A stretch of 64,000 nt of DNA from Ignavibacteriales bacterium (GTDB lineage: Bacteria; Bacteroidota; Ignavibacteria; UBA10030; UBA6906), in contig JBBIRR010000003.1 of the NCBI GenBank assembly GCA_037441705.1, positions 50,397-114,396 on the forward strand. Direction: 5' to 3'. Every line of letters starts with the position of its first letter. The first letter of the stretch is position 1. Of the stretch, positions 1 to 10,652 are shown in pieces. The notes beneath the pieces were generated by a model. The model ran no database searches, had not been told where the DNA came from, and saw nothing but the letters and a program-made list of their open reading frames with translations. Position numbers and translations under genes: made by a program.

Positions 1-69
1 GATTGTTCTACCGGCTTCGGCTATCCGCTTGAAGAGATCGCGTCCGCGCAGAATCTCCGTTTTCTTCAA
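1..69 (-). CDS. rnpA: Ribonuclease P protein component, 5' fragment (runs off window)
   Basis: Manual translation from TTG at 69: LKKTEILRGRDLFKRIAEAGRTI, resembling the RnpA N-terminus; directly downstream of rpmH as in the conserved rpmH-rnpA order. Confidence 0.75.
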   Translation of the reverse strand, partial: MKKTEILRGRDLFKRIAEAGRTI

Positions 70-91
70 GCCCGGGCTCTTGCTATCCGTC

Positions 92-238
92 CTATCGCTC
101 GTCGCTTACCGTTAACTTCTTCCTGCCTTTGGCCCGACGACGAGCAAGGACTGCTCTTCCTTGCTTCGTTGCCATCCGTGCACGAAAGCCGTGCGTGTTT
201 CGCCTTTTCCGCTCGTGTGGTTGGAACGTTCGTTTCAT
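92..238 (-). CDS. rpmH: 50S ribosomal protein L34
   Basis: Manual translation (below ORF-track cutoff): [48 protein letters not shown]; divergent from dnaA. Confidence 0.97.
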   Translation of the reverse strand: MKRTFQPHERKRRNTHGFRARMATKQGRAVLARRRAKGRKKLTVSDER

Positions 239-388
239 CGTGTACTCCAGAAATCTATTAACACTATGATGCTCGGAACGCTGACAGACTTTGCCCCGCT
301 AAGGTGTGTGTTTACGACCTTGCGAATTGTGCGACAATAAAGGTAACCAACCGCTCCCTGAGAAACAACAAGATTTTCCACTTTTCGC

Positions 389-417
389 TTGCTAAGCGCT
401 GTTCCATGTTGTATAAT
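389..417 (+). promoter_or_regulatory. Candidate sigma70-type dnaA promoter
   Basis: TTGCTA-17 nt-TATAAT, followed by DnaA boxes (consistent with autoregulation). Confidence 0.65.
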
Positions 418-443
418 TGCGTACAACCCTCCGTCAACCGCAG

Positions 444-658
444 TGTTGATAACTCGTGAGTAGTTTGCTTTTCGTTCGCTATTTATGACCCTATGGTTTC
501 ACACGAACTGGTTGTCTGATACTTCTGTGTCACCATTAGGCCTTATCAGGAAATGTGTTACATCCTTTGATATTGCTTTATCCACATCGTGGATAACCGC
601 TGGATAACTCATGAAAAATTTCTTGGCTCCCTTGTCCTGTGAACAGAGTTGTGGATAA
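444..658. promoter_or_regulatory. DnaA-box cluster upstream of dnaA (oriC part 1)
   Basis: Perfect TTATCCACA 578-586 and TGTGGATAA 650-658; near matches TGTTGATAA 444-452, CGTGGATAA 588-596, GCTGGATAA 599-607. Confidence 0.85.
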
Positions 659-709
659 CTCAGCCAAGTGCGTTGAAAAATCATCTGACACATTATCCCT
701 ATTGGTGTT

Positions 710-2176
710 ATGATCGAGATGTTACATTCTACTGCAGAGCCCACAGAGTTTGAGCAGGCGCAGCGTATGTGGGCCGCATGCCTCGGCATGCTTAGCGAGC
801 ACATCAACTCACAGACCTTCAAGACGTGGATCGAACCTCTGACCCCCCTTGGTCTCGAGGCGAGTGTGCTTACGCTACGCGTCCCAAGCCAGTTCTTTTA
901 CGATTGGATTGCCGAGCACTATGAGGAACTGATTACCTCCGTGGCGTCGCATGTGCTGGGCCGACCTGCCACGATCTGTTATGAAATCGCCACCGAGGAT
1001 CCTCTCGTGGACACTGAGCCGGAGACCCATCCTGTGCCCCAACAATCCCGAACGGAGAAGCGCGTCTTGCCGGCTCAATCAGAGTCTTCGCGCATGGGAA
1101 ACCCGTCTCCCGCGAGTGCTCACCGAAACTCGATGAGCTTCGAATCGCATTTGAATTACCGGTACACGTTCGAGAACTTCATCAAAGGGGAAAGCAACCA
1201 GTTTGCTCGAGCCGCCGCCACGGCCGTTGCCAACAATCCGGGTGGAACGACGTTCAACCCGTTGGTCATCTACGGTGGGACGGGGCTCGGCAAGACCCAC
1301 CTGGTGCAAGCCATCGGTAATTACGTTGCCCAACATAACAAGAACAAACGAGTCATCTACGTTTCGAGCGAGAAGTTCACCGTGGAGTTCGTCGACGCAA
1401 TCCAAAGCGATCGCGTCAACAACTTCGCAGCGTTCTATCGCAGCATGGATATTCTCATTGTCGATGACATCCAGTTTTTTGTCGGCAAGGAGAAGACGCA
1501 GGATATGTTCTTCCACACCTTCAACGCGCTGTACAATCTCTCCAAGCAGATTATCCTCTCGTCCGATAGGCCGCCCAAAGATCTTGACGGACTTGACGAT
1601 CGACTGATTTCGCGCTTTCAATGGGGTTTAACGGCAGACATCCAGCCGCCGGACCTCGAAACACGCATTGCTATTCTCCAGCACAAGGCAAAGGACCAGC
1701 AGATCGAACTGCCGGGTGACGTGATTGAATGTCTCGCTGCGAACGTTACCACAAATATTCGTGAGCTTGAGGGCTGCCTTATCAGCTTGCTGGCGAAAGT
1801 ATCCCTGGAAGGAAAAGAGCTCAATGTGGATCTCGCTCACGAAGTACTCAAGACGGTCGTCGGGCAGGTGAAATCACCCATTACAATCGAAGAGATTCAA
1901 CGGACCGTCTGCGAGTATTTTGGGATTCCGGAAGACCTCGTTCGTGCAAAAACACGAAAGCAAGAGATTGTAAATGCCCGGCAGGTTGCTATGTACCTTG
2001 CCAAGGAGCTCACTAACTCGTCGCTCAAGACGATCGGCACACACTTCGGCGGGCGAGATCACAGCACCGTTATTCACGCCTACCAGTGCGTTGAAGATCA
2101 GATGAAGATCGATTCAAAATATCGGTCCACCGTCGAGCAGATCAAGCGTCGCCTTGAAACACGTACGCGAGTGTAA
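710..2176 (+). CDS. dnaA: Chromosomal replication initiator DnaA
   Basis: Walker A GGTGLGKTH, Walker B IVDDIQF, domain IV GGRDHSTVIHA; start could be 710 or 719. Confidence 0.98.
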   Translation: MIEMLHSTAEPTEFEQAQRMWAACLGMLSEHINSQTFKTWIEPLTPLGLEASVLTLRVPSQFFYDWIAEHYEELITSVASHVLGRPATICYEIATEDPLVDTEPETHPVPQQSRTEKRVLPAQSESSRMGNPSPASAHRNSMSFESHLNYRYTFENFIKGESNQFARAAATAVANNPGGTTFNPLVIYGGTGLGKTHLVQAIGNYVAQHNKNKRVIYVSSEKFTVEFVDAIQSDRVNNFAAFYRSMDILIVDDIQFFVGKEKTQDMFFHTFNALYNLSKQIILSSDRPPKDLDGLDDRLISRFQWGLTADIQPPDLETRIAILQHKAKDQQIELPGDVIECLAANVTTNIRELEGCLISLLAKVSLEGKELNVDLAHEVLKTVVGQVKSPITIEEIQRTVCEYFGIPEDLVRAKTRKQEIVNARQVAMYLAKELTNSSLKTIGTHFGGRDHSTVIHAYQCVEDQMKIDSKYRSTVEQIKRRLETRTRV

Positions 2177-2731
2177 GACCCGCGGGAAGTTTTGGTTCGT
2201 ACTCCATTCTGTTGTAGTGCAGGATGGAGTATTTCTTTTCTTGTGATGAGTTTTTTCTTGGGTTCGGAGTTGTTGTACACACAATGTGCGCAAGTGTGTT
2301 GGTGAGGTGAAGAATGGCGTTGACAGCAGGTTGATCAGTTTGTTCCTCTTCCGCTGATGTGCCCGCACGGCGTTCTGATGTTGATATCAACGAAGCTTAC
2401 TGACATCTCATACCATCAATTTACCACTTGAGACGATGGCTTGCTTCGCTTCAGGGTCAATCGACAACTTTGTTGACGAGTGCACCTGTCAACATATTCA
2501 CATCCTTTATTACTACTCTTTCTTTATCCATATCTAGAAAGAAAACAATTATTACACTCATACTTGGAGACAAGCGAAGGCGGTCTAACTACGACGATCA
2601 TCTTTCTATCACCTTACAGGTCAACAGGTTACTGGAAAAACATTTCTTTGAAGTCTCCCCCTTTTTGAGTAAATTTATGCTGTTTGAAGCGTCTTCATGA
2701 CCCCTCATTTTCCTTACCGAAGGAGTTTAGG
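2177..2731. other. dnaA-dnaN intergenic origin segment (oriC part 2, probable unwinding site)
   Basis: AT-rich ~550 nt non-coding gap with several degenerate DnaA-box-like 9-mers (CTGTCAACA 2486-2494, ATATTCACA 2494-2502, TTATCCATA 2524-2532) and TAT TAC TAC trio-like run. Confidence 0.7.
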
Positions 2732-3847
2732 ATGAAATTCACAACAACCACCGGTGAACTTCAGCGCGCACTATCCAAGGTCAGCAGTGTCGTACCCGCG
2801 AAGTCGACGATGCCGATTCTCGAGAATATTCTGTTCGATCTTGTCAACGACACGCTGGTACTGACGGCTACGGACATGGAGATTACGCAAACGATTTCTC
2901 TTGCCGTGAAGGGGACTGAAGATGGAAGGATAGCGATACCGTCAAAGCGACTCATCGACACAGTACGCGCACTTCCGGATACGGAGATTGCGTTTACAAT
3001 TGATACTACGTCTCAGAAGATAAAGCTCACAACGAAGAACGGCGAGTACAGCATCACTGGAGAGGATGCGAAGGATTTTCCGCCTGTCCCCATCATGACA
3101 AACAAAGATGAACTCGTCATTGATGGTGCCGTTCTGCGGAAGATCATCAATCGGACTGTGTTTGCCGTAAGTACCGATGAGTTGCGGCCTGCGATGATGG
3201 GTGTTTTGCTGCAACTCAAACCGAATGAATTACGGGCCGTCTCAACTGACGGGCATCGTCTTGTTCGTTTTTCGTACAAGCTGCCAAAGGATGGAGGAAT
3301 AAAGGGCGATTTCATTGTACCCGCAAAAGCACTGAACGTTGTGAGCAGAACGCTTGAAGGTGGCACAGTAAAACTCGGCATCAGTCAGACGCATGTTCGT
3401 TTTGACTTCGATTCCAGCATTCTTGTTTCACGGTTGATCGCCGAAACGTATCCGAACTACGAAAGTGTCATTCCTACAGAGAATGACAAGCTCTTGACGG
3501 CTAATCGTGAGGAGATGATGTCTGCAATCCGTCGCGTTGCGCTGTATGCAAGCGCAACAACGCATCAGATCAAACTCTCGCTCCGAAAGAATCAGCTCAC
3601 CGTAAGTGCTCAGGATATCGACTTCGGCGGTGAAGCGAAAGAAAAATTAGAGTGTGAATACGATGCAGATGATCTCGATATCGGATTCAATTCCGTCTAC
3701 CTGGTTGACATTCTCTCCCATCTCGAGAGCGAAGCGGTCGCGTTCAAATTCAGTTCGCCTACCCGTGCCGGGGTCGTCACGCCCGCAGGCGAACACGTGG
3801 ATGAGGATGTTCTGATGCTTGTGATGCCCGTACGCTTGAATGTCTGA
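2732..3847 (+). CDS. dnaN: DNA polymerase III beta sliding clamp
   Basis: STDGHRL, YPNYESVIP, IGFNSVYL, C-terminal LVMPVR; start moved to ATG 2732 after AAGGAG. Confidence 0.97.
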   Translation: MKFTTTTGELQRALSKVSSVVPAKSTMPILENILFDLVNDTLVLTATDMEITQTISLAVKGTEDGRIAIPSKRLIDTVRALPDTEIAFTIDTTSQKIKLTTKNGEYSITGEDAKDFPPVPIMTNKDELVIDGAVLRKIINRTVFAVSTDELRPAMMGVLLQLKPNELRAVSTDGHRLVRFSYKLPKDGGIKGDFIVPAKALNVVSRTLEGGTVKLGISQTHVRFDFDSSILVSRLIAETYPNYESVIPTENDKLLTANREEMMSAIRRVALYASATTHQIKLSLRKNQLTVSAQDIDFGGEAKEKLECEYDADDLDIGFNSVYLVDILSHLESEAVAFKFSSPTRAGVVTPAGEHVDEDVLMLVMPVRLNV

Positions 3848-3861
3848 TAATCAAGGAGTGA

Positions 3862-5010
3862 ATGAGAGTCACGCACTTGCGGCTGAAACATTTCAGGAAC
3901 CACACCGACACATCGCTGACGTTTGGAGAGGGCATCAATGCGTTCCTGGGAGATAACGGACAGGGGAAGACCAACGTGCTGGAGGCGCTTTCGTACCTCA
4001 GCCTCACGAAGAGTTTTTATGCCTCCGGCGACGGGACGGTTCTGCAGATCGGACGCGAGACGTTTGAGGTAGAGGGAACGATTGTGTCGGACAACGGGGT
4101 GGGGCATCAAGTACGAGTCACGTACAATCGTGGCGGTGAAAAGACGTTTACGATCAACAGCATCAAACCTGAGACACACGCCTCTGTTATCGGTCGCTTC
4201 CCGATCGTTATTCTCTCGCCGGAGAACAATGCAATAACCTTCGGTGGGCCAGCCGAGCGCCGGAAGTTTCTCGATCTGCTGCTCTCGCAAATCAGTCGCA
4301 CCTACCTCGAGGATCTGCTGGAGTACCGTCGAGCGCTCAAGCAGCGCAACAAGCTCCTGGCCGACGCACGAAACTCTCAGACATTCATTCCGGAACTTCT
4401 CGAACCGTGGACGGCTGCCCTTGTGGACCACGGCGCACGGATCATTCGTCAACGGCGCGTTTTCGTGGAAGAATTCCGCAGCGAGGTCCAGAAGGCATAT
4501 CGAGAGCTTGTTGGAGAGGCGACGGGCAGCCGGGTCAGCGAGTCTCCCGACATGCGCTATTCATCCCTCCCGGGGATCGAGCAGACCGCTACGCTTGAGG
4601 AAATCAAGCGCCTGATGGCCGATGAGCTGCAGGAGCGGGTTGGCGAAGAGCGACGCAGAGGAACCACACTCGTCGGTCCGCATCGCGATGATCTGTACCT
4701 AACAATCAATGGCATCAGCATGCAGCAATTTGCATCGCAGGGACAGCACAAGACGATGCTGATTGCTCTGAAGATTGCGGAGTTTCATTATCTCAAAGAG
4801 CGCCGTGGAGAAGTTCCGGTGGTGCTTCTTGATGACGTGTTCAGCGAATTGGATGAACATCGCTCTCGCTTGCTGCTAACGGCCGCGTCGAGACTCGGGC
4901 AAACGTTTATCACCACGACGGACGAAGCCGTTTTCCGCGACGTCATTCGCTGGGACGGTACGCATCGAAAGTTTTATGTCGAAGCAGGAAACGTTACGAG
5001 CGTGCATTGA
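3862..5010 (+). CDS. recF: DNA replication/repair protein RecF
   Basis: GDNGQGKTN Walker A, GPHRDDL, ASQGQ, LLDDVFSELD. Confidence 0.97.
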   Translation: MRVTHLRLKHFRNHTDTSLTFGEGINAFLGDNGQGKTNVLEALSYLSLTKSFYASGDGTVLQIGRETFEVEGTIVSDNGVGHQVRVTYNRGGEKTFTINSIKPETHASVIGRFPIVILSPENNAITFGGPAERRKFLDLLLSQISRTYLEDLLEYRRALKQRNKLLADARNSQTFIPELLEPWTAALVDHGARIIRQRRVFVEEFRSEVQKAYRELVGEATGSRVSESPDMRYSSLPGIEQTATLEEIKRLMADELQERVGEERRRGTTLVGPHRDDLYLTINGISMQQFASQGQHKTMLIALKIAEFHYLKERRGEVPVVLLDDVFSELDEHRSRLLLTAASRLGQTFITTTDEAVFRDVIRWDGTHRKFYVEAGNVTSVH

Positions 5011-5027
5011 TGCAGAGGATAGGGCTC

Positions 5028-5354
5028 ATGGCGGAGAACAAACGCAGACGACGTGTGCAGGAAGGAACGAAGAAGCAACCTGAAGCGTTCGGCAGCGCAT
5101 GGGAAACGCTGGTGCATCAGTTGGGTATCACGAAGAAGATGAAGCAGGCGTTGGTGCTCAGCTCGTGGGCCGAGATCGTGGGCGAACAGATCGCGCGCGT
5201 GACGGAAGCAGAGCGCATCGAGAACGGAATTTTGTTCGTGAAAACCCTGAACGCCCCCTGGCGCAACGAGCTGACAATGCGCCGGCTGCAGATCATAGAA
5301 AAATTGAATGCAGCAGCCGGAAGCAAGGTCGTGAAAGAAATCCGATTTCGATAG
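5028..5354 (+). CDS. DUF721/DciA-family protein (helicase loader-like)
   Basis: WAEIVGEQIA...WRNEL...KLN...VKEIRF pattern; typical position between recF and gyrB; start uncertain (5007-5028). Confidence 0.85.
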   Translation: MAENKRRRRVQEGTKKQPEAFGSAWETLVHQLGITKKMKQALVLSSWAEIVGEQIARVTEAERIENGILFVKTLNAPWRNELTMRRLQIIEKLNAAAGSKVVKEIRFR

Positions 5355-5371
5355 GATGCATGAGTTTTTGA

Positions 5372-7425
<2,054 letters not shown>

Positions 7426-7426
<1 letters not shown>

Positions 7427-7647
7427 TGATCAAGAACGCTCGTATCCTTGAGCAGCTCGACGCGGAGTACGATCGAGAACATCTCCGGACGCTGGAGCAG
7501 AAGTATGCAATTCTCGATGCACTCTATCTTCTTGCGAAAGATGCGGGCCACTTCGATCCCAACGATACCTCGATCGACGAGCTGGACATTGAGCTTGCAA
7601 GAGTCTTGAATGCCGACCTTTCAAAAGCTGCTGGCAAGAATTGCTGA
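7426..7647 (+). CDS. Small hypothetical protein of the type found upstream of nucleotidyltransferase genes (antitoxin-like partner)
   Basis: 73 aa, start overlaps the gyrB stop; overlaps the start of a nucleotidyltransferase fragment. Confidence 0.6.
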
Positions 7648-7753
7648 GGCGTTCGATCAGCATCGTATTCCGTATATGATTATTGGAGGCGTCGCGGCAA
7701 TCCGGTACGGTCGGCCACGCTTGACGGATGATATCGATATCACCTTAGTTTGA
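7610..7753 (+). pseudogene. Truncated pol-beta-superfamily nucleotidyltransferase (47 aa N-terminal remnant)
   Basis: Manual translation MPTFQKLLARIAEAFDQHRIPYMIIGGVAAIRYGRPRLTDDIDITLV*; has the hhGG...R.T.DID motif then stops; gyrA starts 31 nt later. Confidence 0.75.
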
Positions 7754-7784
7754 GGCTCTCGAAGGCACACGAAGGAAAACATAA

Positions 7785-10580
7785 ATGGCAACACTGAACG
7801 AACGGATCATCCCCGTTGATATTGAAGATGAGATGAAGGGATCGTACATCGACTACTCGATGTCGGTCATTGTGGCGCGTGCGCTGCCCGACGTGCGCGA
7901 CGGCTTGAAGCCGGTTCATCGCCGCGTGTTGTTCGGCATGCACGAGCTGGGTCTCGCGTCCAACCGCCCCTACAAGAAGTCTGCCCGCATCGTGGGCGAG
8001 GTGCTCGGCAAATATCACCCCCACGGCGACGCGGCGGTGTACGATACGATGGTGCGCATGGCGCAGGATTTCTCGATGCGCTACCCGCTGGTGGACGGAC
8101 AGGGGAACTTCGGTTCGATTGACGGCGACTCACCTGCGGCGATGCGGTACACCGAGGCGCGTCTGTCGCGCATTGCCGAGGAGATGCTGCGCGATCTGGA
8201 GAAGAACACCGTTGACTTCCTTCCCAACTTCGACGACACGCTGAAAGAACCCACGGTCCTGCCGGCCCTCGTGCCGAATCTGCTCGTCAACGGCACCAGC
8301 GGCATTGCCGTCGGCATGTCCACCAACATCCCGCCGCACAATCTCTCCGAAGTGGTTGATGCCTGCATTGCCTACATCAAGGACGAGAAGATCACGAGCG
8401 AGAAGTTGATGAAGTACATCAAGGCGCCTGACTTCCCGACCGGCGGCATCATCTACGGCTACGAGGGCGTCAAGGAAGCGTACCTGACGGGCAGAGGCAA
8501 GATCATCGTCCGGGCAAAGGCAACGATCGAAACGGACAAGAAGGATCGCCAAAACATCATCATCACCGAAATACCCTATCAGGTCAACAAGCTCAGCCTC
8601 ATCGAGCGCATCGCCGAGTTGGTGAACGAGAAGAAGATCGACGACATTGCAAACGTCAACGACGAATCGGACCGGGATGGGTTCCGCATCGTCGTCTCGC
8701 TGAAGAAGGATGCGAACGCCCAGGTCGTGCTGAACAGTCTGTACAAACACACGCAGATGCAGACCACCTTCGGCGTCATCATGCTCGCGTTGGTGGACGG
8801 CAGGCCGCAGATTCTGACGCTGCGCGATCTGATCGAGAAGTTCATTCAGCATCGCAACGAAGTGGTTGTGCGGCGCGCGAAGTACGAGCTGGACGAAGCC
8901 GAGAAACGTGCGCACATCCTCGAGGGCTTCATCATCGCGCTCGACAATATCGACGCCGTTATCAAGCTGATCAAAGGGTCGAAGGATTACGATACCGCGA
9001 AGAACGGCTTGATGAAGAAGTTCAAGCTCTCGGAGATACAGGCAAAGGCCATCCTCGACATGCGCTTGCAGCGGTTGACGGGCCTGGAGCGAAAGAAGAT
9101 CGAAGAAGAGTATCGCGAGACGATCAAACTCATCGAGCAGTTGAAAGCGCTCCTGGCGAGCAAGAAACTGCAGATGCAGCTCATCGAGAAGGAGCTGCTG
9201 CAGGTGAAGGAGAAGTACGGGGACGAGCGCCGCACGGAGATCGTCTACAAAGCCGAAGAGTTCAGCATTGAAGATACGATCGCAGAGGAAGAAGTCGTCA
9301 TCACCATTTCGCACGGCGGGTACATCAAGCGCTTTCCGGTGAGCGGCTATCGGCGGCAGTCGCGTGGAACGCGCGGAGCGACCGGCGCTGCAACGCGGGA
9401 AGACGACTTCATCGAAGCGGTGTTCATCGCCTCCACTCACGAACACATCATGCTCTTCACCGATCAGGGACGCTGCTACTGGCTGAAGGTGCATGAAATT
9501 CCCGAAGGCGGCCGGGCAACGCGCGGAAAATCCATTGCCAACCTGATCTCGAAAGGTCCGCACGAAACGATCGTTGCCTACGTTGCGGTGAAGAGCTTCG
9601 TCGAAAATCTGAACGTGGTGATGGTAACGGAACAGGGCGTGATCAAGAAGACCGCGCTTGCCGAGTTCAGCAATCCCCGCAAGACCGGCATCGGCGCGAT
9701 TGGCCTGGACAAGGGCGACAGGCTCGTGGATGTCCACCTGACCGATGGAAAGAACGACGTGGTGATCGGCACAGCTGAAGGCGTCGCGATTCGTTTCCAC
9801 GAATCGGACGTGCGCGTGATGGGGAGGGCAGCCGGTGGTGTCCGTGCCATCAAGCTCGAGAAAGGTGACAAGGTGATCGGTGCAGTCGTTCTCCGCAGAG
9901 CAGGAACGTCGATCCTCGTCGCAACCGAGAACGGCTACGGCAAGCGCAGCGCTACCGACGACTATCGCGTGCAGTCGCGCGGCGGCAAAGGCATCATCAC
10001 GATGAAGACCAACGAGAAGACGGGACGCATGGTCGCGATCAAAGAAGTGGCCGAGACGGACGACGTGGTCATCGTGACAGCCAACGGCATCATCCTGCGG
10101 CAGCATGCTTCAGAGATTCGACTCGCGGGGCGCAACACGCAGGGTGTACGTCTCATCAAACTCGTCGAAGGCGACAAAGTTTCGGACGTTGCTGCCGTCC
10201 CCGCTGAAGAGGAAGAGCCGACCAACGGTGCAGCAACCATGCAAACTGCCGGCGGCGAAAAGACAAAAGCCGACGGCGACCAGCAATCACTCTTTGAAGG
10301 AGAGGATTCAGAAAAAAAAACTCTGAAGGGGGGACAGGAGAAGAAGAGTGAGCCGTCGGGGACGAAGACCGAAACAACGACATCCCCAGTCAAGCAAACG
10401 CCAACGAAGCCGGAAAGAAAGAAGGTGCAACCGAAAGCTTCACCCGCTGTGAAGAAGACATCAGGCGGAACGAAAAAGATTCAGAAACAGCAGAAGCAAA
10501 CCGGCAAGCCCGCGAGGAAACCTCAATCGAAGAAGCTCTCGAAAAAACCCGCGCCGAAAGCAGGGGGCAAGAAGAAATAG
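7785..10580 (+). CDS. gyrA: DNA gyrase subunit A with long C-terminal acidic then Lys-rich tail
   Basis: [15 protein letters not shown], catalytic AAMRYTE, GyrA-box-like QSRGTRG and QSRGGKG, beta-pinwheel repeats. Confidence 0.98.
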   Translation: MATLNERIIPVDIEDEMKGSYIDYSMSVIVARALPDVRDGLKPVHRRVLFGMHELGLASNRPYKKSARIVGEVLGKYHPHGDAAVYDTMVRMAQDFSMRYPLVDGQGNFGSIDGDSPAAMRYTEARLSRIAEEMLRDLEKNTVDFLPNFDDTLKEPTVLPALVPNLLVNGTSGIAVGMSTNIPPHNLSEVVDACIAYIKDEKITSEKLMKYIKAPDFPTGGIIYGYEGVKEAYLTGRGKIIVRAKATIETDKKDRQNIIITEIPYQVNKLSLIERIAELVNEKKIDDIANVNDESDRDGFRIVVSLKKDANAQVVLNSLYKHTQMQTTFGVIMLALVDGRPQILTLRDLIEKFIQHRNEVVVRRAKYELDEAEKRAHILEGFIIALDNIDAVIKLIKGSKDYDTAKNGLMKKFKLSEIQAKAILDMRLQRLTGLERKKIEEEYRETIKLIEQLKALLASKKLQMQLIEKELLQVKEKYGDERRTEIVYKAEEFSIEDTIAEEEVVITISHGGYIKRFPVSGYRRQSRGTRGATGAATREDDFIEAVFIASTHEHIMLFTDQGRCYWLKVHEIPEGGRATRGKSIANLISKGPHETIVAYVAVKSFVENLNVVMVTEQGVIKKTALAEFSNPRKTGIGAIGLDKGDRLVDVHLTDGKNDVVIGTAEGVAIRFHESDVRVMGRAAGGVRAIKLEKGDKVIGAVVLRRAGTSILVATENGYGKRSATDDYRVQSRGGKGIITMKTNEKTGRMVAIKEVAETDDVVIVTANGIILRQHASEIRLAGRNTQGVRLIKLVEGDKVSDVAAVPAEEEEPTNGAATMQTAGGEKTKADGDQQSLFEGEDSEKKTLKGGQEKKSEPSGTKTETTTSPVKQTPTKPERKKVQPKASPAVKKTSGGTKKIQKQQKQTGKPARKPQSKKLSKKPAPKAGGKKK

Positions 10581-10625
10581 CTCGAACACCCCCGGCTGTT
10601 CACCGCATGGTGGACGGTGTTTGAG
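10581..10625 (+). terminator. Hairpin downstream of gyrA
   Basis: CTCGAACACC...GGTGTTTGAG outer stem with inner GTTCACC/GGTGGAC stem; weak U-tract. Confidence 0.4.
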
Positions 10626-10652
10626 TTTGGATAACATCTGAGATACTCTGCC

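Noticed and set aside
235-822. Small ORFs in the rpmH-dnaA gap and 2098-2700 in the dnaA-dnaN gap
   Set aside because: They overlap promoters and DnaA boxes of the origin and have no protein signal
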